A stretch of DNA of 20,000 bases from Chiloscyllium plagiosum (lineage: Eukaryota): positions 17,281,661 through 17,301,660 of the forward strand of contig NC_057750.1 of assembly GCF_004010195.1 (NCBI RefSeq), in the 5' to 3' direction. Shown here in pieces: positions 8,001-18,498 of the stretch (the stretch's first letter is position 1; every line of letters starts with the position of its first letter). The position numbers and the translations under genes were made by a program. The notes under the pieces are model-generated. The model did not search any database, had not been told where the DNA came from, and saw only the letters and a list, made by a program, of their open reading frames with translations.

Positions 8001-8894
8001 GAACCATCAGGCTGGTAGACCCAAACAAAATGTGGGAATACGAGTCAGCTTTAATAATGTAAATAGGGGAGCCATTGCCGCATGTGTTGAGACCAAACGA
8101 TAGTGGAGCTTGGTGTGACCAGCTTCCTGATACAAATTGAAAGGTGGCAGCATGATAATTACATCCCTGAATCTGAGTCACTAAACACCCAAAGATGAAG
8201 GAATGGTCATTATGTTTTTCATTATTTGTGATGTCCATGTAAAGCAACCGAATTTAAAACTGCTAGATGCTTAAATTGCTTTGAATGAACCAATTTGTGA
8301 CTGCAGCAGCTACTTTGCAATGATTTCCTTGCTTTCTTGTCACAGACTGTCATTGAGCTGCTACATTTTCCCATTCTGAAGACGCCAACAGCGTGGTACT
8401 CGATCCGATTGGTGTTGGAAAGGGTTCTTTCGACTGATTGTCAGCATGAATTTGAATGACAGAGTCAAATGTTTAACTCTTATGTGACAGCTAGCTGAAA
8501 TGTGATGCATTTCAAATGTCGTTGTGGCCATCTACCCTATCTCAGCAAATTTGCAAGCTGTGGTCTTAACCTATGCTCCACTAGGATTGTGCGTAGGTGA
8601 ACGGTTAGGAGGAAGCCAAGTCGGTATAACATCCCTGAGGTCAGTTTGACTCAAGCTGGTCTCAGCTGATTTTTACCAGCTTTGATATCAGTGAGGCTCC
8701 CATCACAGAGGGCCAAGAACCTACAGACCTTGAGAAGACACAGTTGAGCAAGTGCATTACCAGGCAAGACATGGTCTTCAAATTGAGGGAGGTCCTCCAT
8801 TGTCTGAAGCTGATTGACTGTAGGGAAAAACAGACTGGTTTGGAAAGGCCAGATCGTATTGCTACTGTTAGATGTTCCAGGCCTCAGGCGCATT

Positions 8895-9160
8895 CACCCC
8901 TGCACCTACTGTTCCCACTAAAACATCTCCATCTCCCCCAAACCTCCTGCCCATATAATTCAGTACCCTGCCCTATCCCCCGTCCTAATCTTTCCCCCAC
9001 TTCTTCCCATGCTTTCCTCCTCCTGTTCCCTCATATACTTGTACCGCACTATGATCTGTGCCCACAACGTTCCCCACAGCCCCTGCCCTCCCCCTACAAT
9101 CTCCTCTTGCTCCTTGCCCTCTCCACCTTCACACCCGTCCCTCACCCACTCCATCTCCTG
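8895..9160 (+). repeat. C/T-rich low-complexity tract
   Basis: Strong pyrimidine bias with many CCC runs and no clean period. Confidence 0.7.
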
Positions 9161-9164
9161 TCTA

Positions 9165-9735
9165 AGAAATAAACACCCAGATGATCAGTGTACCATGTTA
9201 GCTGAGGGTTAGATATTGGGCAGGACTGAGCTCAGCTTAGAAATTGTGACCTGGTGTCATTTAACCTCAGAGAGCTGAAGAGTTCTGGTTGTAATCACTC
9301 CTGTGCAGGTCGACCTGGCCAGCATTACGTTATTCCCCAGCACTGCGCTGGGTGATCCGCCCCGCAGTGCGTTATTCCCCAGCACTGCGCTGTGTGATCC
9401 GCCCGGCAGTGTGTTATTCCCCAGCACTGTGCTGGGTGATCCAACTGGCATTACGGTATTCCCCAGCACTGCGCTGGGTGATCCAACTGGCATTGTGGTA
9501 TTCCCCAGCACTGTGCTGGGTGATCCGCCCGGCATTGCGGTATTCACCAGCACTGTGCTGGGTGATCCAACTGGCATTGCGGTATTCCCCAGCACTGTGC
9601 TGGGTGATCCGCCCAGCATTGCGGTATTCCCCAGCACTGCACTGGTATTTCAGTGCAGCGCATTTTTAAGTTTCCAGAGTTTAAACCTACAACCTTCAAT
9701 GTCACAGACAAGACTGCTCCCTAGTGAACCTAGCA
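9165..9735 (-). mobile_element. Deu-domain SINE on the - strand containing the 42-bp array
   Basis: - strand head GAAGGTTGTAGGTTTAAACTCTGGAAACTT...CCAGTGCAGTGCTGGGGAATACCGCAATG, then after the array GTCCTGCCCAATATCTAACCCTCAGCTAACAT...GATCATCTGG; parallels the + copy at 2660-3290. Confidence 0.65.
9321..9643. repeat. 42-bp minisatellite, about 7.7 well-conserved units, each with a 17-bp palindrome
   Basis: TATTC anchors at 9331, 9373, 9415, 9457, 9499, 9541, 9583 and 9625; units contain CCCAGCAC-T-GTGCTGGG or a near variant. Confidence 0.97.
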
Positions 9736-9786
9736 TGTGTGACACACTGCCATTTGCTATATGTCCTTTTTTTTCCACCTAAGATG

Positions 9787-9940
9787 TGAGTTATAGATAT
9801 AGACATTAGGAACAGCAGTCGGCCATTTGACCCTTCTGCCATCCAATATGATCTTGGCTGGTCATCCATCTCAAGGGCATCATCCTACTTTCTCTCCATA
9901 CCCAATGATACTGTTAATATTTATAAATGATTAATCTTCG
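9787..9940 (-). mobile_element. Old CR1 3' tail
   Basis: TAGGAACAGCAGTCGGCCATTTGACCC...CCATCCAATATGATCTTGGCTG is a reverse-complement CR1 3' UTR. Confidence 0.7.
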
Positions 9941-9982
9941 TCTAACCCTGTTAATGTTTTTCAAGTGTTATCAAGGTCAGCT

Positions 9983-11250
9983 TCTGTTACCCATCCCTAA
10001 TTGCCCTTGAACTGACTGACATAGAGTTATAGTGATGTACAGCATGGAAACAGACCCTTCGGTCTAACTTGTCCATGCTGATCAGATATCCCAACCCAAT
10101 CTAGTCCCACCTGCCAGCACCTGGCCCATAGCCCTCCAAACCCTACTTATTCATATATCCGTCCAAATGCCTTTTAAATGTTGCAATTGTACCAGCCTCC
10201 TCTACTTCCTCTGACAGCCCATTCCACACACATACCACCCTCTGTGTGAAAAAGTTGCCCCTTGGTCTCATATCTTTTCTAGTTCTGGACTCCCCCACCC
10301 CAGGAAAAAGATCTTGTCTATTCAGCCTATCCATGCCCCTCATGATTTTATCAACCTCTATAAGGTCTCCCCTCAGCCTCCAGCGCTCCAGGGAAAACAG
10401 CCCTGGAGTATTCAACCATTTCCCTATAGTTCAAATCCTCCAACCCTGGCAATGTCCTTGTAAATCTTTTCTGAACCTTTTCAAGTTTCACAACATCCTT
10501 CCGATAGGAAGGAGACCAGAATTGCACACAATATTTCAAAAGTAGCCTAACCAAAGTCCTGTACAGCCGCAACATGACCTCCCAATTCCTGTACTCAATA
10601 CTCTGACCAATAAAGGAAAGCATACCAAACACCTTCTTCACTATCCTATCTACCTGCAACACTACTTTCAAGGAACTATGACCCTGCACTCCAAGATCTC
10701 TTTGTTAGCAACACTTCCTAGGACCTAACCACTAAGTGTATAAGTCCGGCTAAGATTTGATTTCCCAAAATACAGCACTTCACTTTTATCTAAATTAAAC
10801 TCTAGCTGCCACTCCTCAGCCCATTGGCCCATCTGATCGAGATCCCATTGTAATCTGAGATAACCTTCTTCACTGTCCACTACACCTCCAAGTTTGATGT
10901 CATCTGCAAACTTACTAACTATACCTCTTACGCTCACATCCAAATCATTTATATAAGTGACGAAAAGTCGTGGACCCAGCACCGATCCTGACTTGCCTGG
11001 CACTTTTTGGAGGGCAGTTAAGACTGACGTCACAGACGGGGTAAGGATTATAGATTTCCTTCCTTAAAAGACATTAGTAAACCAGATGAATCTTTTTAAT
11101 GACTATTGAGAATGTTTATATTTTTATTGGACTCGCTTCTAATTCTGGATTTTTAAATTAAAATTTCACCGTGTGCTATGGTGGGATTTGAAATCATGTG
11201 CCCAGAACATTAGCCTCATTCTAGATTACTAGTTTAGTGCCAATGCTACC
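9983..11250 (-). mobile_element. tRNA-derived SINE (family of 2251-2590), split by a CR1: tail 9983-10018, body and head 10990-11250
   Basis: CCCATCCCTAATTGCCC (9990-10006) is the reverse complement of the shared tail; AGATTTCCTTCCTTAAAAGACATTAGTAAACCAGATG and B-box-like GGGATTTGAAATC follow the CR1. Confidence 0.78.
10020..10989 (-). mobile_element. CR1 LINE, 5'-truncated RT and C-terminal portion
   Basis: GSVLGP, SKFADDIKLGG, EWQLEFNLDK, YCVQFWSP and GNFFTQRVV across three frames (frameshifted); tail CTATAACTCTATG on the - strand. Confidence 0.95.
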
Positions 11251-11944
11251 TGTGATTGGGGCTAGGAAATCCTTGTGGTCTCGTGGTTTCGTGGACAATT
11301 TTATTAGGTTAGTCGAATAACCAGTTTCTGGGGTTCAAACCTAGGATTATCTAGGTTCCCCACAATTTCTGAATGCACCAGAGGAGACCCTCCCACTCCC
11401 ATTTTGACAAGGGACCCAATAACTGTGCAGAATGTAATAAAGATTCTTTTATTAAACTGGTATAGTATCGGACCTGAACAGGTGTCATCCAGTTATTGAA
11501 CTACTGAAAATAAGAGTTTTATAATAATTAATTTAGCAAACTGTTGTTGATGCATGGACTCTGTCTAATGAGTAACTGGGTACATGTCCCAGTTAATACA
11601 CTTGCAAGCAGCATCTGCTGTGTGTGCACTGCTATTAGTTGTAAAATATAGCAATTCAATCAGGAAACCTTTTCCTGGCCTGTCTGCAAAGGGAGGATTA
11701 CTGGCCTGAAATCTTCCGCCAGGCAGCAAGATTTACTGTGGCAGGATATATTTGCTGGTGAGTGCATTTTCATCATCATTATTCAAATTGTGCATTTGTG
11801 TGGCGTGGTGGGATCATTCACAACATACAGATTGTCAGAGAGAGCAAGCAGGACAAATCTCAACCCAGAGTCATGTAAAATAGATCCTATTGTTACTATT
11901 ATTAAGATCATTTGGGAAATGGAATTAAATTAAAAGATTAAATT

Positions 11945-12043
11945 AAGTGGGATTAAAGTAGATAGGTATTGGATAGCTGATGCAGATATAATGGGCTGAA
12001 GGGCCTCTTCCCATGTTGTAATACTCTATTACTCTATGACTCT
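11945..12043 (+). mobile_element. CR1 3' tail
   Basis: ATGGGCTGAAGGGCCTCTTCCCATGTTGTAATACTCTATTACTCTATGACTCT. Confidence 0.8.
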
Positions 12044-12104
12044 TCTCTGTGTGATGTAATTAACTAAAGCACCATTGTAAAATATGGCAGACTAGCAAAA
12101 TAAT

Positions 12105-12795
12105 GCATTGCAACAGGATTGGTGTTCTCCACTAACAGGATGCTGCTGCCAAGCTAAAACTGACATTCTGCTTAACACACATGTTTGTAATTTGGTATAT
12201 AAATTTCAGTGTCCATTTGCTGCCAGATATGTGGGCATTACATCCTAAGGACTAGCAGATCATATCAAACAGCACATCACATAACCGGCAGAGTGCTTAA
12301 CCGTACAGAAGCCTATGCTTGAAAAACACACATTGTCCAACATTAAAGTGATTCTGTGACTGGGTAATATTTGCTGAACAACCCAGAGTGTGCCAAAATG
12401 ACACTAACAGCCAATTTAAAATTGTTAATCAGTTTTGCAATATAGCTTGCTAAAAGCTTCATAAATACTTATGTAGAGCCAAGTCCTCTGCAGGCTAAAG
12501 GAACCTGTCCAGACATTGCATGTTTAAAGCTTGAAGGATGCCAATCCCTGGTATCCATAGCACATCTTGAGTTGACTCGCCTTTTTAAGTTTGAACAAAG
12601 ACTGTGAGGGTAACTATTCCCTCAAGCATTCACTTTGGCAATGTCGTGACAAATCAGAGTCTACTTGCCAACTAATCAGCAGCCTTTTTTTTCATGCATA
12701 TAAATTGCCATTCTCTTTGAAATTTGGTATTCTCGCACTTGTCCTGATGAGTGAAAAATGAAAAGCTTTGACGTATGTCTCTCACCTCAGCAATA
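12105..12795 (+). mobile_element. Penelope-like element 3' part: decayed GIY-YIG endonuclease plus terminal region
   Basis: 12189-12275 translates to NLVYKFQCPFAARYVGITS*GLADHIKQH (GIY-YIG motif); later LLNNPECAK and SQFKIVN; ends with a hammerhead motif at 12741-12772. Not in the ORF track because of stops. Confidence 0.85.
12741..12772 (+). ncRNA. Minimal type I hammerhead ribozyme motif (probably decayed)
   Basis: GTC|CTGATGA|GT-GAAAA-AT|GAAA|AGCT|TT|GAC: helix I GTC/GAC, CUGAUGA and GAAA cores, palindromic helix III AAGCTT. Confidence 0.7.
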
Positions 12796-13157
12796 TTTGC
12801 TTGTACTGAGGCTACTATTTTCTCAGCAGTTTTTGAACGTGGTTAGCCTCAGGTCTTTGCCTTATTTCTGGGCTGATCCCATTAATCTAGCATCCCCTAT
12901 CCTAATGTTCTCTTGGCTGGCCTGGCAGAGTTCACAGTCCAACTTTTCGTCCATAACTCTGCTACCTATCTGCCATTTCTCACCAAGTCCTGCATACCCA
13001 TCATTCATCTGATCCCAAGTTCTTTGGAGATTGAGTTTTGATCATGGGTTTAAATTGTTCCATGCCCTCACTCCTTATCTTTCCTACCTTACTTCGAAGT
13101 TCTGTATTCCACTGACTCCAGTCTTTTGTCAGTTCTACACTGGAATTCCCTTCTTGT

Positions 13158-13365
13158 AGAGTCAAACAGACCCTTCGGTCCAACCAGTCCGTGCTGAACA
13201 AACTAAACTAGTCCCACCTACCTGTTTCTGGCCCATGTCCATCCAAACCTTTCCTGGTCATGTAGTTATCCAAATGCCTTTTAAACAAAACCTGAATTTA
13301 TAGAATCACAGACATTATGGCACAACAGGAGATCATTTAACACAGCATGTTTGTGCTGGCCTTTC
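13158..13365 (-). mobile_element. Two short CR1 3' tails
   Basis: AAACAGACCCTTCGGTCCAACCAGTCC...CTAGTCCCACCT matches 10048-10112; a second, older tail starts near 13300 (ATAGAATCACAG). Confidence 0.75.
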
Positions 13366-13635
13366 CCAGTACCTCTTTGGGATTGTGTCATACAAGCAAG
13401 GAATAGGAGTAGGCCACTCAGCACTTGACCCTGCTCCACCATCCAATGAAATTATGGTTGATCTAATTTTAATCTCAACTCTACATTCCTGCATATCCTT
13501 GTTAATCATGTATCCCTTTGGTAATTAAGAAGATACCTTTCTCTGCCTTAAAAAATATTTGAGGATTCTGCAACCTTTGCCTTTTGAGTAAGGGAATTCC
13601 AAAGAATCACAATCCTCATATTAAAAAAAAATCCT

Positions 13636-14960
13636 CAGAGTCATAGAGTTGTATAGCACAGAAACTGAGTCTTCAGTCCAACTCATCCATGCTGAGCAGA
13701 TATCCTAAATTAAGTCTAGTCCCATTTGCCAGCATTTGTCCCATATCCCTCTAAACCCTTCCTATTCATACACCCATCCAGATGCCTTCTAAATGATGTA
13801 ATTGTTACAACATGGAAGGTCGAACCTGTCTGTTAATTAAAGCAAACACCCAGAAAAGCTTGCCTTGCCTCATAATCTGTTAAAATGTGAGTGACAGAGA
13901 ACTCCCAAATCCCACTATTTAAAGAAAATAGCCTCAATTTATTTTCCATCTCCAAACGTAATCATTAAACAAAAGCTATTCACAAATCTAAGCCCCCCTT
14001 TCTCTTAACTGCTTATTATCTGACTCCAACTCTACAAAAATAATTTGCTGTTCCAATAAGACACTTACTTTAACTTAATCTCAAACCACACAGTCTCTGT
14101 CGTCTTCTGTGTTTTCACTCTTCCAGCTGCTGATTTTCCTGGGTCCTCGTCTTTATTTTTACTGTGAATGTGTTTTATTGAAAAGGTACTTTTGATAGAG
14201 AGTGTTTCCTAATTTCTTTGGCAGCAAGATGTTAGATTGGCAGTTAGCTCTCCAGCAGTTTCTCTCTCTATGACAGTTGCTCTATGACCAACTTTCAAAA
14301 TGCCTGCATTCTTTATACCCCCAACATCGGATTGTCTCATTGGTTTGATGTTGGCAAAACAATAAATTCAAACTTGATTGGGTTTTAGTATCCTGGGGCA
14401 TAATTTAAACTGATTGGTTATATTTGAATTGTTGTCAAAACAGCAACCAAAGGTCAGGTGTCCATTTCAAAACCGAATGTTACATATTTTCAATTTTCCA
14501 GTACACTCTGGGACTGCCATCTGGTACAGGTGCTTGCAATCTCTTAGTTCAGAACAGCATTCACTCTTTCTTAAAGGTACAGTACATGCTTTCAAATTCA
14601 TAACATAATTACACAAGCCTTCACTACCTCCTCTGGCAGCCCATCCTATACATGCACCACCCTCTGTGTGGAAAATCTGCCCCTTCGGACCATTTTAAAT
14701 CTTTCCCCTCTCACCTTAAGCCTATGTCCTCTAGCTTTGGACGCGCCTACCCTTGGAAAAAGATCTTGGCTATTCAACCTATCCATGCTCTCACGATTTT
14801 ATAAACCTCAATAAGGTCACCCCTCAGCTTCCGATGCTCCAGGGAAAATAGCCCCAGCCTATTCAGTCTCTCCCTGTAGCCTCAAACCTTCAAACCTCCC
14901 AATCCGACAACATTCTTGTAAATCTTTTGTATCGCAGGGAGAGCAGAATTGCATGCAGTA
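13636..14960 (-). mobile_element. CR1 3' fragment (13636-13802 and 14610-14960) interrupted by a solo LTR
   Basis: Colinear with 10020-10530 once 13803-14609 is removed; tail CAGAGTCATAGAG. Confidence 0.88.
13803..14605 (-). mobile_element. Solo LTR (803 bp), Gypsy- or ERV-type
   Basis: Termini TGTTA...TAACA; 4-bp TSD TAAT (13799-13802 and 14606-14609); on the - strand CCAAT at 14413-14417, 14377-14381 and 14339-14343, TATAAA at 14312-14317, AATAAA at 13938-13943. Confidence 0.85.
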
Positions 14961-15274
14961 TCGTCTCTGTCTTAAATAGGCGACACGATATTTTTAAACT
15001 ATGATTCCCCACAAGAGGAAACAGCCTTTCAACATCCACCAATCTAGTGCCATTAGGGTCTTATATGTTTAAATCATCTCTGACTCCAGAGCATACAGGC
15101 CTACCCTGTCTAGCTTTTCTTTAGAAAACAATCCTTTCCTTGTTACTCCTGTGTTTGTGAACTGCCTGTTAACCGTTTTTCTAGATTACAGGCCTCAGTA
15201 AATTCCTGTTCTTCTCATGGTTGTTCTGAAGAATTGGTTTAGGTGTGCTGAAGGATACAATAGTCAGGGAATAA

Positions 15275-15442
15275 TATTACAGAGAGGTAGACTGTATGGC
15301 CCATCATGCCTGTACAAACACTAGGAAAGAGAGAGCTTTCCAGTTAGACCCCACTCCCCTGCCCTTTACTTACATTTCTGCAAGATTTTCCTCCTTCTGT
15401 ACTTACCCAACTCGCTTTTGAAAGGTGTGATTGAATCTGTCA
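15275..15442 (-). mobile_element. Old CR1-like 3' tail
   Basis: GGCCCATCATGCCTGTAC...CAGTTAGACCCCACTCCCCTGCCC...TTTTGAAAG...GATTGAATCTG resembles the other reverse CR1 tails, including 4365-4530. Confidence 0.55.
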
Positions 15443-15444
15443 TT

Positions 15445-15950
15445 CTGGAGCGAGTAGATCCGATGGTTTAGAACAAATGAGAACAGACAAAGCAGATGTG
15501 ATGCCAAAGTTCAAAGGAAAAATATAGTCAGAAGTCACTTTGCGAAGGTGTTAACAGGAAAAATTCAAGCTCATAACAAAGAAAAACTACTCCCAGGATG
15601 CTCCACTCTATTCACTTGCCAGTCAGCCCCAGAAACCTGAAATGCAAGTCCCAATCAATAGAAGAAAATTAAGGTCTTTAAAATGTGGATGCCAAGGCAC
15701 ATTGCTAAAATCTCCAATAATGCACCATGTGACAAATGAAGAGGTACTTCAAATTGCAAACACCAAAAGAACTCTAAAGTGGCATCTGGACAATAAATAT
15801 CAGTATTCCAACCGTTTGATCAGAGCTGAGAAGTTACAGAGATCTCTTCCAGAGGGCAAAGTGGAGTGCAACAGAAAGAGGGATCATTGTGTTGTGGTCA
15901 TCCATGTGATCCATCTGAGATGCCTTGGGTACATTCACTGCCCTGAATCC
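15445..15950 (+). mobile_element. RTE-clade LINE C-terminal remnant
   Basis: ORF 15642..15971 contains HVTNEEVLQIANTKRTL and EGKVECNRKR, matching RTE motifs VTNEEVL and LEGKVEGKRxRGR. Confidence 0.75.
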
Positions 15951-16014
15951 TTTTTATTAGTTTTAGTCTAAGCTACTGATACCATGTGGGGAAGGATGAT
16001 CATGCAAAATCTTT

Positions 16015-16339
16015 GGCAGAATGGTGCTCAGTGATTAGCACTGCTGCCTTACAGCGCCAGGGGCCCAGGTTCGATTCCAGCCTCAATCTGTATGGAGTTT
16101 GCACACCCTCCCCGTGTTTGCGTGGGTTTCCTCCCACAATCCAAGGATGTGCAAGTTAGGTGAATTGGCCATGCTAAATTGCCCATAGTGTGCAGGGATT
16201 TTGTAGGTTAGGGGCATTACTCAGGGGTAAATGTTGAGTAATGGGGTAGGGGAATAGATCTGGGTGGGTTACTCTTTGGAGGGTTGATGTGGACTTGTTG
16301 GGCCGAAGGGCCTGTTTCCACACTGTAGGGATTCCATGA
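16015..16339 (+). mobile_element. HE1-type V-SINE
   Basis: tRNA-like head with B box GGTTCGATTCC (16068-16078); V domain TCTGTATGGAGTTTGCAC...CCCCGTGTTTGCGTGGGTTTCCTCCCACA; CR1-type tail TTGGGCCGAAGGGCCTGTTTCC. Confidence 0.92.
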
Positions 16340-16819
16340 GGAGAGGCTGAGTCTTGATAAAGAGGAAAAGATTATTATATGGTACTTAATAGCTAATTAT
16401 GCTACATCTGAGGTGCAGGATTATCTTACAAGGAACAGTCAGGCCCAATGTAAGGGTAAGTGCATGTTACTGTGACTGAAACGCGCTAGTACACACAACA
16501 GACTAAACTGGATACATGTACAGCACTGATGATTGGTCAGTTTCTCCTAAGATCAGTCTTTCATGTCCTCAGGGGCGGAAATTATCTTGTGATCTCGGTT
16601 AACCCTTTCAGGTCTTAACTGTCTGATATAACAGGACCATCTATAGTTGGATAACAGATGCCATGGAGTGGTACAGAGGAGCTACTGCAGAGGGATAGCA
16701 CAAAACGGGACAAACAAGGCATACCGTGCCAGCAGAACCCCTGTAAGGGTAGCTACAAACAGCAGCGTTGAATCAGCAGCCACCATCCTTTAAGGTAGTG
16801 AATTGTCTATATTAATCAA

Positions 16820-16960
16820 AATTCCTCTTTTGTTTCCAACTAGTGGGCACAATTTCTCCAAATCCACTCAGCCAACATCGATTATGATTTTGAATACTTC
16901 TATTAAATCTGCCCTTAACCTTCCCTGCTGGCTGGAGAACAATTGCCAGTGATCAGGTAT
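16820..16960 (-). mobile_element. CR1 remnant
   Basis: - strand peptide LFSSQQGRLRADLIEVFKII. Confidence 0.7.
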
Positions 16961-17229
16961 TATGTATAGCCTTGTAATTGCTAAAGGTTGATGACTTTGA
17001 ACTAGGATGCAGAGACTGTCTGGAGAGGCTAGTGATTTGAGGATGGCTGCAATTATCAATCTCCACGTGATCCCGAAAGCTTCATGAATTATTCACGTAT
17101 CCGTTTGAACTGTCAGCTAAGAAGTGAAAACAAAGAGCCATTGGCAAACCAACATCCTGCCTGATTCAGAATTTTGCAGCATGGGATCCTAAGCCAGTAT
17201 GTGCTCCTGTGAATGAATTAGACCATTTT

Positions 17230-17855
17230 CATAGAGTCATAGTGTTTTTGCAGGATGGAAAGAAGCCCTTTAGCTCATCGTGTGCCTGCCGTCATCAAGC
17301 ATCCATCTATTCCAACCCCACTTTCCATCACTTGTTCTGTCGCCTTTTATCCTGTGGCATTTCAAGGGTTCATTGATATCGTTCTTAAATGTCTACAGGG
17401 TTCCTGCCTCCACCACCCTCTTAGGCAGCTTATCCCAGATACCCACCAGCCCGCAGTGAAAATTCTTTTCCCCAAATCTCCTCTAAACTTTCTGCACTTC
17501 ATCTTAAAACTGTGTCCCCAGTTATTAACCATCTACTAAGGGGAAACGTTTCTCCCTATCTATGCATGTTATGCCCTCAGAACTTAATCAGATGCTCCCT
17601 CAGCCTTTTCTGCTGTAAGGAAAACAAACCAGCCTATCTAGTCTCTCTTCATAGCTGAATCACTCCAGCCCAACATCCTGGTGAATCTCCTCTCTCGTGC
17701 AGTCACATACTTCCTATAATGTGGCAACCAGAACTGCATTCAATACTCTTGCAATGGCCAAACTAACAGTATACACAGTTCCATCATAACCTCCATGCTC
17801 TTGCACTCAATGTCTTGACTAATAAAGACAAGTATACCATATGTCATCTCAACCA
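17230..17855 (-). mobile_element. CR1 3' fragment
   Basis: Tail CATAGAGTCATAG at 17230; colinear with other CR1 copies (CCAGAACTGCATTCAATACTC, CATAACCTCCATGCTCTTGCACTCAATG). Confidence 0.88.
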
Positions 17856-18199
17856 CTATTTTGTTCTTTACTTTTCTGATATGGTTTTTTTTTGCTGTTT
17901 TCTGGAACATTCCACCCTCTCTTCAACTCCATATGGAGCCCATGTCACTCAGGAAAGTAGAGGTGGAGAATGTCTAACTAGTGAACTGAACGGTGTAACT
18001 TTTAAAGAATTCGGAGCCAATAAGAGCTGACTTTGCTGCTGGGTGAGATACGCCCCTTGTCAGTTGCCATAAATCATGGCATATAAGACAAAAGGCAACA
18101 TATAAGGAGACCACATTTTTCTGGTCCCATGTTTTTCCTATACTCGGCATATAAGTTGACCCTCCTTTTTCATCCGAATATGCTGACATTAATAATCAG

Positions 18200-18498
18200 C
18201 CCCAGTCTTTCACTCCAGTAAATGCGCAATATATCAAGCTCACAATTCAAGCCCTATTTTTAGACCACTCTTTCAAGCCTTCAGAGGTCCACTTTGACTC
18301 CAACAGCCATGGTCTTTATCCCAAAAGGTTTACCTTTTATTCTAAGACCAGGTTCTTGACCCTACAGCCATGGAAGAATATCCTTTCTGCTGTCTATCCT
18401 CTTAAATTATTGTCAGTTCTACGAGGTCACCTTTCATTCTTCTAAGCTTTGGAAAATGCAGGCTCAGCCTCCTCAACTTCTTCTAACAGAACATTCCA
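18200..18498 (-). mobile_element. Old CR1 remnant, interrupted by the young CR1
   Basis: GAGGTCACCTTTCATTCTTCTAAGCTTTGGAAAATGCAGGCTCAGCCTCCTCAAC is a reverse-complement ERLxxLxLxSLExRRxRGDL-type segment. Confidence 0.6.

Larger units (their letters stand above)
13388..15135 (-). mobile_element. Older CR1 3' fragment (13388-13635 and about 14961-15135) hosting nested insertions
   Basis: GGAATAGGAGTAGGCCACTCAGC...GAATTCCAAAGAATCACAATCCTC...AAAATCCTC continues as TCGTCTCTGTCTTAAAT...CCCCACAAGAGGAAACA. Confidence 0.7.

Noticed and set aside
9321..9643. CRISPR-like array of palindromic repeats
   Set aside because: The intervening sequences are near-identical rather than unique spacers, there are no cas genes, and the context is a vertebrate intron.
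9257..9782. ORFs 9257..9637, 9303..9782 and 9352..9669 as repeat proteins
   Set aside because: They are open only because the 42-bp unit is a multiple of three and lacks stops in those frames; there is no splice or domain evidence.
16015..16085. tRNA gene
   Set aside because: The A/B boxes belong to the head of an HE1-type SINE and continue into the V domain; the same logic applies to 2251 and 3761.
18065..18170. Possible Tc1/pogo-like terminal repeat (TATACTCGGCATATAAGTTGACC; GGCATATAAG occurs twice)
   Set aside because: No matching inverted partner or TA TSD was found; too short to call.
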